The translations under genes were made by a program, and so were the position numbers. DNA of 64,000 bases from the NCBI GenBank assembly GCA_963719225.1, contig CAVRAY010000001.1:1984001-2048000 (forward strand). Direction: 5' to 3'. The notes under the pieces were generated by a model. That model was not told where the DNA came from, made no database searches, and saw only the letters and a program-made list of their open reading frames with translations. Shown piece by piece: positions 10,498 through 19,869 of this stretch (position 1 is its first letter; each line of letters starts with the position of its first letter). This DNA is from Thermoanaerobaculia bacterium (GTDB taxonomy: Bacteria; Acidobacteriota; Thermoanaerobaculia; UBA5066).

Positions 10498-11367
10498 ATG
10501 GAGATACGGAGAGTCGGAATCCTGGGCGCGGGGCTGATGGGGTCGGGCATCGCGGAGGTGTGCGCGAAGGCGGGCTACGAAGTCGTCGTCCGTGAACCCA
10601 CGGACGAGCTGCTCGCGAAAGGGCGCAACCGCGTCACGCAATCCCTTTCTAAGGCAAGGCAGCGAGGCAAGCTGCGAGAAGAAGATGAATCCGCGATCCT
10701 CTCGCGGCTGCTCTTCTCCTCTTCACTCGAAGAAATCTCTTCTTCGGATCTCATCCTCGAGGCGATCGTCGAGAGCCTCCAGGCCAAGAAAGAGGCCTTC
10801 GAAGCACTCGACAAGTCGTGCGCGCCGCACGCGATCTTCTGCTCGAACACGTCGTCGCTGACGATCGCCGAGATTGCGGCGGCGACCGCGCGGCCGGATC
10901 GCTTCGCCGGATTGCACTTCTTCAACCCCGTCCCCGTGATGAAGCTCGTGGAGGTCGTGCGGGCGATCGGGACTTCCGACGAGACTCTCGCGCGCGTGAC
11001 GGCGTTCGCTCGAACCCTCGGCAAGGAGCCCATCGCGGCGCGCGACAACTCGGGATTCGTCGTCAACCGGCTGCTCGTGCCCTACCTTCTCGACGCGATC
11101 CGCGCGCACGAGCAGGGCGTGGGCACGCTCGAGGACGTCGATACCGGCATGAAGCTGGGCTGCGCGCAGCCCATGGGACCGTTCGAGCTTCTCGATTACG
11201 TCGGGCTCGACACCGTGTATGCGATCGCGGAGATCATGTTCACCGAGTATCGCGAGGCTCGCTTCGCGCCGCCGCCGCTGCTCAAGAGGATGGTGATGGC
11301 CGGGCGTTTTGGCAGGAAGTCGGGAAGGGGATTCTATGAATACGACGAGAAGGGGAACCGAAGATGA
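10498..11367 (+). CDS. hbd: 3-hydroxybutyryl-CoA (3-hydroxyacyl-CoA) dehydrogenase
   Basis: GAGLMGSGIA, SNTSSL, GLHFFNPVPVMKLVE, PMGPFEL. Confidence 0.93.
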   Translation: MEIRRVGILGAGLMGSGIAEVCAKAGYEVVVREPTDELLAKGRNRVTQSLSKARQRGKLREEDESAILSRLLFSSSLEEISSSDLILEAIVESLQAKKEAFEALDKSCAPHAIFCSNTSSLTIAEIAAATARPDRFAGLHFFNPVPVMKLVEVVRAIGTSDETLARVTAFARTLGKEPIAARDNSGFVVNRLLVPYLLDAIRAHEQGVGTLEDVDTGMKLGCAQPMGPFELLDYVGLDTVYAIAEIMFTEYREARFAPPPLLKRMVMAGRFGRKSGRGFYEYDEKGNRR

Positions 11368-11867
11368 GGCTGATTGACCCCTCCATCATGGAGCTCGACC
11401 GGGAGGCGTCCTCGACTCGCAAGATGCTCGAGCGCGTGCCCGAGGGGAAGAACGAGTGGGCGCCGCATGCGAAATCGATGACCCTCGGAAGGCTGGCCAC
11501 GCACGTCGCGACGCTCCCGCGCTGGGCGGGCTTCCTGGTGGAGGACGCCTTCGATCTGGTCCTGAATTCGGTCGCCACTCCGACCCCGCCTCCCACGACG
11601 GCAGGCCTCGTGGCGCTCTTCGACAAGACGATCGCGGACGCCAAGAGCGTCCTCGCCGGATTCGACGACGGGCGCGCCATGGGAATGTGGACGCTCTCGA
11701 TGAAGGGAAAGACGATTTTCTCGATGCCGCGCCTTGCGGTCGTGCGGATGATGATCCTCAACCACTCCGTGCATCACCGCGGGCAGCTCTCCGTCTATCT
11801 CCGCCTCCTCGACGTCCCCGTGCCCGGCATGTACGGCCCGAGCGCGGACGAGAATCCGTTCGTCTGA
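11364..11867 (+). CDS. DinB family protein
   Basis: NHSVHHRGQLSVYLR..VPGMYGPSADE motif. Confidence 0.9.
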   Translation: MRLIDPSIMELDREASSTRKMLERVPEGKNEWAPHAKSMTLGRLATHVATLPRWAGFLVEDAFDLVLNSVATPTPPPTTAGLVALFDKTIADAKSVLAGFDDGRAMGMWTLSMKGKTIFSMPRLAVVRMMILNHSVHHRGQLSVYLRLLDVPVPGMYGPSADENPFV

Positions 11868-11881
11868 AAAGAGGTACCGAC

Positions 11882-12655
11882 ATGTCCGTCGTTCTCAGCG
11901 AAGTCTCGGACCGCATCCTCACGGTCACGATCAACCGGCCCGAAAAACTCAACGCCCTCAACGCGGAGGTGATGGAGGGGCTCGCCGCTGCTTTCGAGAG
12001 AGCGCGCGGCGACGACGTCGGCGGGGTGATCCTGACCGGGGCCGGTGAGAAAGCGTTCATCGCGGGCGCGGACGTCTCGACGTTCCCGGGGTTCACGCCG
12101 GTCTCGGCCCGCACGTTCGCGCGCCAGGGGCAGGCGTTCCTGGACTCGGTCGAAAACCTCGGCAAGCCGGTGATCGCGGCCGTCAACGGCTTCGCGCTCG
12201 GCGGCGGCTGCGAGGTCGCGCTCGCCTGTACCCTGCGCGTCGCGTCGAAGAACGCCCGGCTCGGGCAGCCGGAAGTCAACCTCGGCATCATTCCCGGTTA
12301 CGGCGGGAGCCAGCGGCTGCCGCGCCTCGTGGGGAAAGGCCGGGGGCTGGAGATGCTCCTGACCGGAGACATGGTTTCGGCGGACGAGGCGTGGCGCATC
12401 GGCCTCGTGAACCGGGTCGTCGAGCCTGCCGAGCTGCTCCCGGCGTGCCGGGAAATCCTGAGGAAGATTCTCGCGAAGGCACCGGTCGCGATCCGCTGCG
12501 TCCTCGACGCCGTGAACGCGGGCCTCGAGATGCCGTTCGCCGCCGCCGAGGACCACGAGGGAAGCCTTTTCGCGCTGTGCTTCGCCACGGAGGACATGAA
12601 AGAAGGCGTGTCCGCCTTCCTCGAGAAGCGGCCGGCGAAGTTCACCGGCCGCTGA
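11882..12655 (+). CDS. Enoyl-CoA hydratase/crotonase
   Basis: NRPEKLNALN, AFIAGAD, GFALGGGCE, GQPEVNLG; RBS GAGG. Confidence 0.93.
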   Translation: MSVVLSEVSDRILTVTINRPEKLNALNAEVMEGLAAAFERARGDDVGGVILTGAGEKAFIAGADVSTFPGFTPVSARTFARQGQAFLDSVENLGKPVIAAVNGFALGGGCEVALACTLRVASKNARLGQPEVNLGIIPGYGGSQRLPRLVGKGRGLEMLLTGDMVSADEAWRIGLVNRVVEPAELLPACREILRKILAKAPVAIRCVLDAVNAGLEMPFAAAEDHEGSLFALCFATEDMKEGVSAFLEKRPAKFTGR

Positions 12656-12670
12656 AGAGCTCCGGCGCTT

Positions 12671-14074
12671 CTACGGCTGGCCGGCGGGCGGCTGATACGG
12701 CTTGAGCTGGTCGTCGATCAGCTTGCGATCTCCGACGACGACGAGGGTCGTCTGCTCGGGCCGGATGTACGCCTTCGCGAGCCGCGTGACCTCCTGGGGC
12801 GTGACGGCCTGGACGCGCGTCACGAAGCCGGAGAGGTACGAGTCCGGCAAGCCGTGGAGCGCGAGGAACTGAAGCTGGTTCGCGATGCCGTTGCGCGAGG
12901 AGTTCTGGAGGACGAACGTTCCCGCGAGGTAGTTCTGGATGCCCTTGAGCTCGGAGGCAGAAGGGGGCTCCGCGCGGAGGCGGTCGATCTCCCCGAAGAT
13001 TTCCTTGATCGACGCGCCCGTGACGTTCGTCGTGACGTCCGCCGTCTCCGCCCAGTACGCGCCCTGACGGCGCACCGAGACCTGGCTGAAGGGCGAATAC
13101 GTATAGCCCTTCTGCTCCCGGATGTTGCTCGTGATGCGCGACCCGAAGGAGCCGCCGAGGAGCGCGTTCGTGACGACGAGCGGGACGTAGTCGGCGTTCG
13201 AAGGATCGACGACCGGCATCCCGAGGACGACCGTGGATTGGGAGGCGCCCGGACGATCCAGGACCGTGAGCGTGCGCTTCGGGGACGGCTTCGGGGTCGC
13301 AGCCGCCGGGGCCGACGCTTTGCCCCAGCCGTCGAACGCCTTTCGGATCGCCGCCTCCGTCGCCTTCGCGTCGAAGACGCCGACGACGTAGAGAGTGGAG
13401 CGGTCCGCTCCGAAGTGCCCGGACCAGAAGCTCTTTGCGTTCGCGAGCGTGTAGCCCTGCAACGCCTCGGCGGCGGGGTAAAGCCGGCCGTACGGCTGGC
13501 CGGGATACATCGCGGCGCGGAAGGCCTCGGCGGCCATCTGCTGGGACTGGCTCTTCGCGATCGAGAGACGGCGCCCGAGGTTCGCCTTGAGGCGCGCCAG
13601 CTCGCTCTCCGGGAACGTCGGGTTGCGGGCGACGTCGGCCACCAGGCCGACCATCGCCGGGGTGAACTCGGACAGCACCTCGCCGCCGACGGTCGTCAGG
13701 TTCTCGGCGACCTGCACGGCGACTTCGCCGCCCATCGCGGCCGCGTCCTGCGCGATCTTGCTCGCGCTGCGGGTCTTCGTGCCCTCGAGAAGCAGGTCGC
13801 CCGTGAGGTCGGCCATCCAGACCTGTCCGGCGGCCTCGTCCGCGTTTCCGGCCTGGACGGTGAGCCGCACGAGAGCCTTGGGGATCGTGCCGTAGGACAC
13901 GAGCGAGACCTTCATTCCGCTTGGAAGCGTGAACCGGGTGGGCGCCGGGAGCTTGAACGGCCGGGCCGCCTCGGGCTCCGGCGGCTTTTCCCGCTCCTGG
14001 GAGCGGGCGGGTGAGGGCTGCAGGGCGAGAAGGGCCGAGGCGGCCAGAAGCGGGAGAGTGCGTCGGAGCGTCAT
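12671..14074 (-). CDS. M16 family peptidase, non-catalytic subunit
   Basis: Signal peptide; M16 C-domain SRITSNIREQKGYTY; no HXXEH. Confidence 0.88.
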   Translation of the reverse strand: MTLRRTLPLLAASALLALQPSPARSQEREKPPEPEAARPFKLPAPTRFTLPSGMKVSLVSYGTIPKALVRLTVQAGNADEAAGQVWMADLTGDLLLEGTKTRSASKIAQDAAAMGGEVAVQVAENLTTVGGEVLSEFTPAMVGLVADVARNPTFPESELARLKANLGRRLSIAKSQSQQMAAEAFRAAMYPGQPYGRLYPAAEALQGYTLANAKSFWSGHFGADRSTLYVVGVFDAKATEAAIRKAFDGWGKASAPAAATPKPSPKRTLTVLDRPGASQSTVVLGMPVVDPSNADYVPLVVTNALLGGSFGSRITSNIREQKGYTYSPFSQVSVRRQGAYWAETADVTTNVTGASIKEIFGEIDRLRAEPPSASELKGIQNYLAGTFVLQNSSRNGIANQLQFLALHGLPDSYLSGFVTRVQAVTPQEVTRLAKAYIRPEQTTLVVVGDRKLIDDQLKPYQPPAGQP

Positions 14075-14085
14075 GTCATCCTTCC

Positions 14086-15483
14086 TCAGAGCTTCTGGCC
14101 GGGAACCTTGGGGGCCTCCGGCTTCGGCTCGATCGCGAGGATCGTGCGGTTCGTCGGGCGGAGGTATTCCTCCGCGGTCTTTCGGATCAGCTCGGGCGTG
14201 ACCTTCGCGAATTCCTTCTCGAGGCCGTTGATCCGCGCCGGGTCGTCGTCGAACAGGGCGAAGGACGCGAGGAGGTCGGCGCGGCCGAAGCCGAAGAGGC
14301 TTTCCTGCACCGCATAGAGGTCGGAGCGCATCTTGACCATGGCGCGGTCGAGGGTCGCCTTGTCGACCGGCGTCGTCCGGAGCTTCTCGATCTCGGCGTC
14401 GAGCACCTTGAGGATCGCCTCCGGGGTCTTGTCGCGGTCGTGGAAGAGCGAAACCGTGAAGAGCGTGGGGCCGGCGATGTTGAACTGGTTGCCGAGCCCG
14501 TTGATCGACGAATTCACCTCGCCCGTCAACGCGGCCTTGCGGACGAGCGCTTCGTAAAGCCGGCTGTCGTTGCCGCCCGCGAGGATCTGCTCGAGGACGC
14601 CCAGCGCGTAGTACTCGGGAGTGTTGCGCTTCGGTGCATGGTACGCGACAGCGAGGGCGGGGCGGGGCGCCTGCGCGTCCTGCTTGGAGGTCTTCTTCTC
14701 TTTCTCTTGGCGCGGCTCGGAGATGTCGGGGATCTCCTGATGCGGCGCCGAGGGGATGGGTCCGAAGTACTCCTGGATCCACTTGAAGGCCGCCTCCGTC
14801 TCGAAGTCGCCCGTCACGACGAGCGCGGCGTTCCCCGGCGAGTAGAACGACTTGAAGAACGCCTCGGCGTCCTTCAGCGTCGCCGCGTCGAGGTCCTTGA
14901 GGTCGCCGTAGAAGTTGTGGGCGTTGTACCAGTTCTCGTTCGCGACCTGCGGCATGTCGAGCCAGGGGAACCCGCCGTAGGGGCGGTTCAGGACGTTGAC
15001 CTTGACCTCGTTCTTGACGACGCCCTGCTGGTTCGCGAGGTTCTCCTGGGTGATCGCGAGGCCGCGCATCCGGTCGGCCTCGGCCCACAGGGCGGTCTTG
15101 AGCACGTTCGCGGGCACGACCTCGAAGTAATTCGTGAAGTCGAAGCGCGTCGAGCCGTTCAGGATGCCGCCGTTGGACTGGACGAGCTTGATGAACTCCA
15201 TCTTCCCGAGGTTCTTCGAGCCCTGGAACATGAGGTGCTCGAAGAGGTGGGCGAAGCCGGTCCGGTCCCGGGGCTCGATGCGGAACCCGATGTTGTAGTA
15301 CACGGCCACGACCACGGTGGGCGAGGTGTGGTCGGGCGAGAGGACCACCTTCAGCCCGTTCGGGAGCTTCCGGTAGTCGACGGGAATCGGGGCGCGGCCG
15401 GGGGCGGAAGGCCCCGTGGCGGGTGCGACCGGCCCGATAGCCGCCGCGAGGGCGAGTGCGGCAAGGGCGAGGCGTGGCTTCAT
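14086..15483 (-). CDS. M16 family zinc peptidase, catalytic subunit
   Basis: TGFAHLFEHLMFQGS (HXXEH); RBS GGAGG before ATG 15483. Confidence 0.92.
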   Translation of the reverse strand: MKPRLALAALALAAAIGPVAPATGPSAPGRAPIPVDYRKLPNGLKVVLSPDHTSPTVVVAVYYNIGFRIEPRDRTGFAHLFEHLMFQGSKNLGKMEFIKLVQSNGGILNGSTRFDFTNYFEVVPANVLKTALWAEADRMRGLAITQENLANQQGVVKNEVKVNVLNRPYGGFPWLDMPQVANENWYNAHNFYGDLKDLDAATLKDAEAFFKSFYSPGNAALVVTGDFETEAAFKWIQEYFGPIPSAPHQEIPDISEPRQEKEKKTSKQDAQAPRPALAVAYHAPKRNTPEYYALGVLEQILAGGNDSRLYEALVRKAALTGEVNSSINGLGNQFNIAGPTLFTVSLFHDRDKTPEAILKVLDAEIEKLRTTPVDKATLDRAMVKMRSDLYAVQESLFGFGRADLLASFALFDDDPARINGLEKEFAKVTPELIRKTAEEYLRPTNRTILAIEPKPEAPKVPGQKL

Positions 15484-15536
15484 CGTTCCTCCGATCAAGG
15501 TCATTGGGGAAGATACGCAGTCCCGGGCAGGAGGTT

Positions 15537-16049
15537 TCAGGAGCGCTGGAAACCGAGCGCGTCGAGCCCGGCTGCGAGCTTCTTCCGGGCGAGGTGGAGC
15601 CGGGACCAGACGGTGCCTTCCGGAATGCCGAGAATCTCGGCGATCTCGCGATGGGTGAGGCCGTCGAGAGAGAAGAGGGCGAGGACGGTCCGGTGCTCGG
15701 CCGTCAGCCTCGCCAGGCACTCACGAACTTGCCGCGAGCGCTCGCGGACGAGGGCGGGGTCGCGGACGTCGACCGCCGGGTCGCCGTCGAGGGCCTCCGT
15801 GCGAGGCCGGCGCGCTCGGACCCGAAAAGCGCACCGGACGGCGATCCGATAGATCCACGTCGAGACCGCGCAATCTCCCCGAAACCCGGGGAGCCCGCGA
15901 TATACGGCAAGGAAAGTCTCCTGGGTGGCGTCCTCGGCGTCCGCATGGTTTCCGGTGAGATGCAGCGACAGCCCGAACACGCGGCTCCGAAGCGCCGAGA
16001 AGATCTCGTCGAAGGGGGGCGGGTCAGAAGAGATGGGGGAAGTCGTCAA
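15537..16049 (-). CDS. ECF RNA polymerase sigma factor
   Basis: DAEDATQETF, TWIYRIA, EIAEILGIPEGTVWSRLHLAR; start uncertain. Confidence 0.92.
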   Translation of the reverse strand: MTTSPISSDPPPFDEIFSALRSRVFGLSLHLTGNHADAEDATQETFLAVYRGLPGFRGDCAVSTWIYRIAVRCAFRVRARRPRTEALDGDPAVDVRDPALVRERSRQVRECLARLTAEHRTVLALFSLDGLTHREIAEILGIPEGTVWSRLHLARKKLAAGLDALGFQRS

Positions 16050-16728
16050 AGAAGGGGAGATCCTGCTCCTCCCGTTCGAGCCGCGGCACGACGACGAAGC
16101 GTTCCCACACGAGACCTCCGATCACCGCCGCGCTGAAGATCTTCGCGACGATCCCTTCGAAGCCGGAGGCGTTTTCGACGAACCCGAGCAGAATAGAGAG
16201 GCAGAGCGTCGGGGCACCCCATATGAGGATGCGACCCGATCGGATCCGTCGGGCGAGGTCCTGCCGGTAGAAGTGGGTCAGGTATCGGGGCGACGTCGCT
16301 TTGCGGACGTCCCTCCACTGGGTCCACACATGCCACACGATGAAGCCGATCACGGCGGCATTGAAGAGGACTTCGACCGGGAACGCTGTGATCCCAGGAG
16401 CGCCGCTGGATGGTCGCGCGATCCGGTCGAGCCAGTGTTTCAGGGAACCGGCGAGAACGAGCGCGCCGACGGCGATCACGGCCAGCAGGCTCTGCGAGCG
16501 CCAGCCTCGCACGCGGGCTCGGAGCGCGCTCCAATCCACGTCTTTTTCCTCTTCGATCGCCGCGTCTCTCAAGGTGCGATCGATGGTCCGGGCTCGGGAT
16601 TCGAATTCGCGGCAGGATGGGCACGACGCGAGGTGGGCATCCAGGTCGGCGCCGGCCTCCGGCCCCAGCTCCCCGTGAAGGCGCATCTCGATGGCCAGTT
16701 CGAAGCGGTCACAGGGAACTTCGCTCAC
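16024..16728 (-). CDS. zf-HC2 anti-sigma factor-like membrane protein
   Basis: HLASCPSC (HxxxCxxC) plus about four TM segments; adjacent to the ECF sigma. Confidence 0.8.
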   Translation of the reverse strand: MSEVPCDRFELAIEMRLHGELGPEAGADLDAHLASCPSCREFESRARTIDRTLRDAAIEEEKDVDWSALRARVRGWRSQSLLAVIAVGALVLAGSLKHWLDRIARPSSGAPGITAFPVEVLFNAAVIGFIVWHVWTQWRDVRKATSPRYLTHFYRQDLARRIRSGRILIWGAPTLCLSILLGFVENASGFEGIVAKIFSAAVIGGLVWERFVVVPRLEREEQDLPFFDDFPHLF

Positions 16729-16803
16729 GGCCCTCCACCTCCTGTTCTTTCGTACCCCTCTCGCGCGGTTTCCTTCACCGCCAGCGAGGAAAATGACCTG
16801 GAA

Positions 16804-17487
16804 TCAGGGGTTGGCAGCCGGGACGGCCGCGAGATCCCGAAGGAATGCGAGGGTCGAGTCGTCATCCCATCGAGCGGCGCCGGTGTGGCGGAAGACGATC
16901 CGGCCGTCCGGCGCGAGGATGAACGTGGCCGGAATGCCTTCGGACTGGTAGGCCGTGGGGCGGCTCCTCGTGGCGCGGTAGAAGGGCATCGTGAGGGAGT
17001 TCGTCTTCAGGTACTCGGCGATCTTCTCGGGCCTCTCTTCGGACACGAGCAGAAAAACGACGCCGAGATCCCGGGTCTTGTCGTAGAGCCGCTGGATTGC
17101 CGGCATCTCCTTCCGGCAAGGCCCGCACCACGTCGCCCAGTAATTGAGGAACACGACCTTGCCGTGGGCGGAGGACGTGTCGAAAGGCGTCCCGTCCGGG
17201 CTCTCGAGTCCGAGTCCGTAGTCGGAAGAGACGGCGGCTGCGGCAGGAAAGGGCGGTGCCGAAAGGCCCCCTACCGGCGTGGAACCCGGGTTGGTCCGTC
17301 CCATCACTTTCATCATCCACAGGCCGATAACCAGTGACCCCCCGACGAGGAGAACGAAGGAAGCGAGGATGCCGAACCCGAAGCCGGTCCAGAACTGCGG
17401 GCCGATGAATCGGGGCTTCGGCGGCGGAGGAGGGCCTGCAGGATTCACGGGCGTCGGGTCGGGTTGCGGCGGCGGGTCCTCGTTCAT
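16804..17487 (-). CDS. TlpA family thiol-disulfide oxidoreductase
   Basis: FLNYWATWCGPCRKEMP; N-terminal TM anchor. Confidence 0.92.
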   Translation of the reverse strand: MNEDPPPQPDPTPVNPAGPPPPPKPRFIGPQFWTGFGFGILASFVLLVGGSLVIGLWMMKVMGRTNPGSTPVGGLSAPPFPAAAAVSSDYGLGLESPDGTPFDTSSAHGKVVFLNYWATWCGPCRKEMPAIQRLYDKTRDLGVVFLLVSEERPEKIAEYLKTNSLTMPFYRATRSRPTAYQSEGIPATFILAPDGRIVFRHTGAARWDDDSTLAFLRDLAAVPAANP

Positions 17488-17497
17488 CGCAAGAAGC

Positions 17498-18649
17498 TCA
17501 GCCAGGGATCCAGCTGTCGTGGTAGCCGGGGTGCTCGAGTGCGAGGGCCTGCTCCGTGAGGTGGAGCGGGACGAACGTGTCCATCATGACCGCGAGCTCG
17601 TCGGTCGACCGCGAGCCGATCGATCCCTCGTAGGCGCCGGGGTGCGGGCCGTGGGGAACCCCCGAGGGATGCAGGGAGACGGCCTTCGGCCCCACGCCCT
17701 TGCGGCTCGTGAACGTGCCGTCCACGTAATAGATGACCTCGTCGCAGTCGACCGAGGCGTGCGGGTACGGACACGGGATCGCGTCGGGATGCGTGTCCGT
17801 GACGCGCGGAACGAACGAGCAGATGAGCGCGTTGCGCGCGCCGAAAGTGGAGTGGATGGTAGGCGGAAGGTGGATGAGGCCGGTCTTCGGCTGGTACTTC
17901 CGGATGTCGAACGCGAAGGGCCAGACCGTGCCGTCCCACCCGACGACGTCGAACGGCGAGACGAGGGGAGCGCGTTCGACGAACGCGTCGTCCTTCTTGA
18001 CGAGGATGCGCTTCGGCCCGGAGCGCGGACCCTTGAAAACGGGCCGGACGAAGTCGCGGTGCGTGTAGGGGGCATCCATGCGCAGCTGGCCGACGGGATT
18101 TCTGAACTCGCGGGGCAGGTGTAGTCCGGCGCGCAGTTCAAAGAGAACTCCTTCGAAAGGCGAAGAGATCCGGAAACGCGCGACGACCCCGCGGGGCACG
18201 AGCACGTAGTCGTTCTTCCGGACCGGAAGATCTCCGAAGGGCGACTCCAGCGTTCCCTCACCTTCGTAGAAAAAATACAGGTCGTCCCCGTCGCCGTTGC
18301 TGAACCCGTCGGGGCTCTCCGCCTCCCGGGGCACCTTGAACAGCGAGACCGTCACGTCGGAGTTGAAGAGGATCGGCGTGAATCCCTCGGGGGCCTTTTC
18401 CCCGAGGACGAGGCGGCGGCGCAGCGGTTGATGCCCCGCGGGCCGGGGAACCTGCCGGTCGAACCGGCCGGGCTTCGCCGGGCCGATGAGGGTGTCCGTC
18501 ATCGGCGGCCCCTCGTGGTAGAGGATCGAGAACTCCCCGTCGAAGCCGCGGCGTGTCAGGCACTCCTCGTAGCGCAGCGCCCCGGACGAGGAGCGAAACG
18601 CGGTGTGCGGCTTCGGAGGCACCTCCCCGAGCTGCATCCGATCGATCAT
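17498..18649 (-). CDS. hmgA: Homogentisate 1,2-dioxygenase
   Basis: NGDGD, PFDVVGWDG, HLPP, PYPH, HPSGVPHGPHPG, ELAVMMDTF; downstream of hppD. Confidence 0.92.
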   Translation of the reverse strand: MIDRMQLGEVPPKPHTAFRSSSGALRYEECLTRRGFDGEFSILYHEGPPMTDTLIGPAKPGRFDRQVPRPAGHQPLRRRLVLGEKAPEGFTPILFNSDVTVSLFKVPREAESPDGFSNGDGDDLYFFYEGEGTLESPFGDLPVRKNDYVLVPRGVVARFRISSPFEGVLFELRAGLHLPREFRNPVGQLRMDAPYTHRDFVRPVFKGPRSGPKRILVKKDDAFVERAPLVSPFDVVGWDGTVWPFAFDIRKYQPKTGLIHLPPTIHSTFGARNALICSFVPRVTDTHPDAIPCPYPHASVDCDEVIYYVDGTFTSRKGVGPKAVSLHPSGVPHGPHPGAYEGSIGSRSTDELAVMMDTFVPLHLTEQALALEHPGYHDSWIPG

Positions 18650-19809
18650 CAGCCCACGACCTCGAGAGCGGGGGAGGCCTCACGCTGCGTCGCCTCGATG
18701 GATTCGAAGAGCGCGCGGAAGTTCCCGTACCCGAACCCGCGGTCGCCCTCGCGCTGGATGATCTCGTAGAAAAAGGGCCCGGCTTTCTCGTCGCCGTACA
18801 TCGCCATGGCGTCGAGCATGAAGATCTGGAGCATGTACTTGTCGTCGGCGCCGTCCAGGAGGATGTGGTTGCGCCTCAGAGCGTCCATCGGCTCCTTGAC
18901 GTTCGTGATCTTCACGTCCTCGAGGCGCTTCGGCAGCCTGTCGTAATAGGCCCCGGGTGCTTTCAGGAACTGAATGCCATGCTCGCGAAGGGCCTCGACC
19001 GCGGGAATGATCTCCTTCACGAGGAACGCGATGTGCTGCACGCCCGCGCCGTGATGGTCCTCGCAGAAACGATTGATCTGGCTGTCGCGGAAGAACGGCC
19101 GCATGGGCTCGTTCGTGGCGAGCTTCACGCCGCTCTCGGGATCGGCCATGACGATGGAGCGCAGGCCGGAGCCGGCGAGCCGCTTGCCCGTCCCCATCTC
19201 GGCGGTGTGGAACTCGACGTCCCAGTAGTGCGTGAACCCGAGGACGTCGCGATACCAGTTGACGACGGGCAGCATCGTGTAGGCGTTCGACGTCACGTGG
19301 TCGATCGTCGCGAAGCCGTGCGGGTTCTCGCGCGGCTTCCCGTCACCCACGTCGTCGAAATCAGGGGCGAAGCGCGGGTAGGTCCCTTGCCGCTCGATGA
19401 ACCGGAACGTGACGTCGTCGAGCGGCGTCGCGATGTTGAACGTCTTGAAGGTGCCGCCCGGAGCCTCGTCCACCGCGATGTCCGACAGAAACGTGGCGTT
19501 GCGCGCGGCGAGGAAATCCCAGGCGCCCTGGATGTCGCGCACGCGGAACGCGAGCGAGGAGATGCCGTCGGGATGGATCCTCAGGAAGCGGGCGGCGCGC
19601 GAATCTTTGCGCTCGGGGCTGGAGACGAGCACCCGGATCTGCCCGGCACCGAAGACGGAGGCCACCTCGCCCCCTTTTTCGATCTTCGAGGCGGACGCGC
19701 GCGCCACCTCGGAGAAGCCGAGCCCCGCGTAAAACCCGCGGCTCCGCCCGAGATCGGCCACGACGAAGTGGAACGAGTCGTAACCCACGATGCCGAGCGA
19801 ATCGACCAT
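18649..19809 (-). CDS. hppD: 4-hydroxyphenylpyruvate dioxygenase
   Basis: IDHVT, GVQHIAF, LQIF, FFYEIIQREGDRGFGYGNFRALFESIE. Confidence 0.95.
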   Translation of the reverse strand: MVDSLGIVGYDSFHFVVADLGRSRGFYAGLGFSEVARASASKIEKGGEVASVFGAGQIRVLVSSPERKDSRAARFLRIHPDGISSLAFRVRDIQGAWDFLAARNATFLSDIAVDEAPGGTFKTFNIATPLDDVTFRFIERQGTYPRFAPDFDDVGDGKPRENPHGFATIDHVTSNAYTMLPVVNWYRDVLGFTHYWDVEFHTAEMGTGKRLAGSGLRSIVMADPESGVKLATNEPMRPFFRDSQINRFCEDHHGAGVQHIAFLVKEIIPAVEALREHGIQFLKAPGAYYDRLPKRLEDVKITNVKEPMDALRRNHILLDGADDKYMLQIFMLDAMAMYGDEKAGPFFYEIIQREGDRGFGYGNFRALFESIEATQREASPALEVVG

Positions 19810-19869
19810 AATGCGATCTTAGTCCGCGGGAGCGCCGGGCGGGAAGATCGACCCGGCGGGGAAGGCGCG

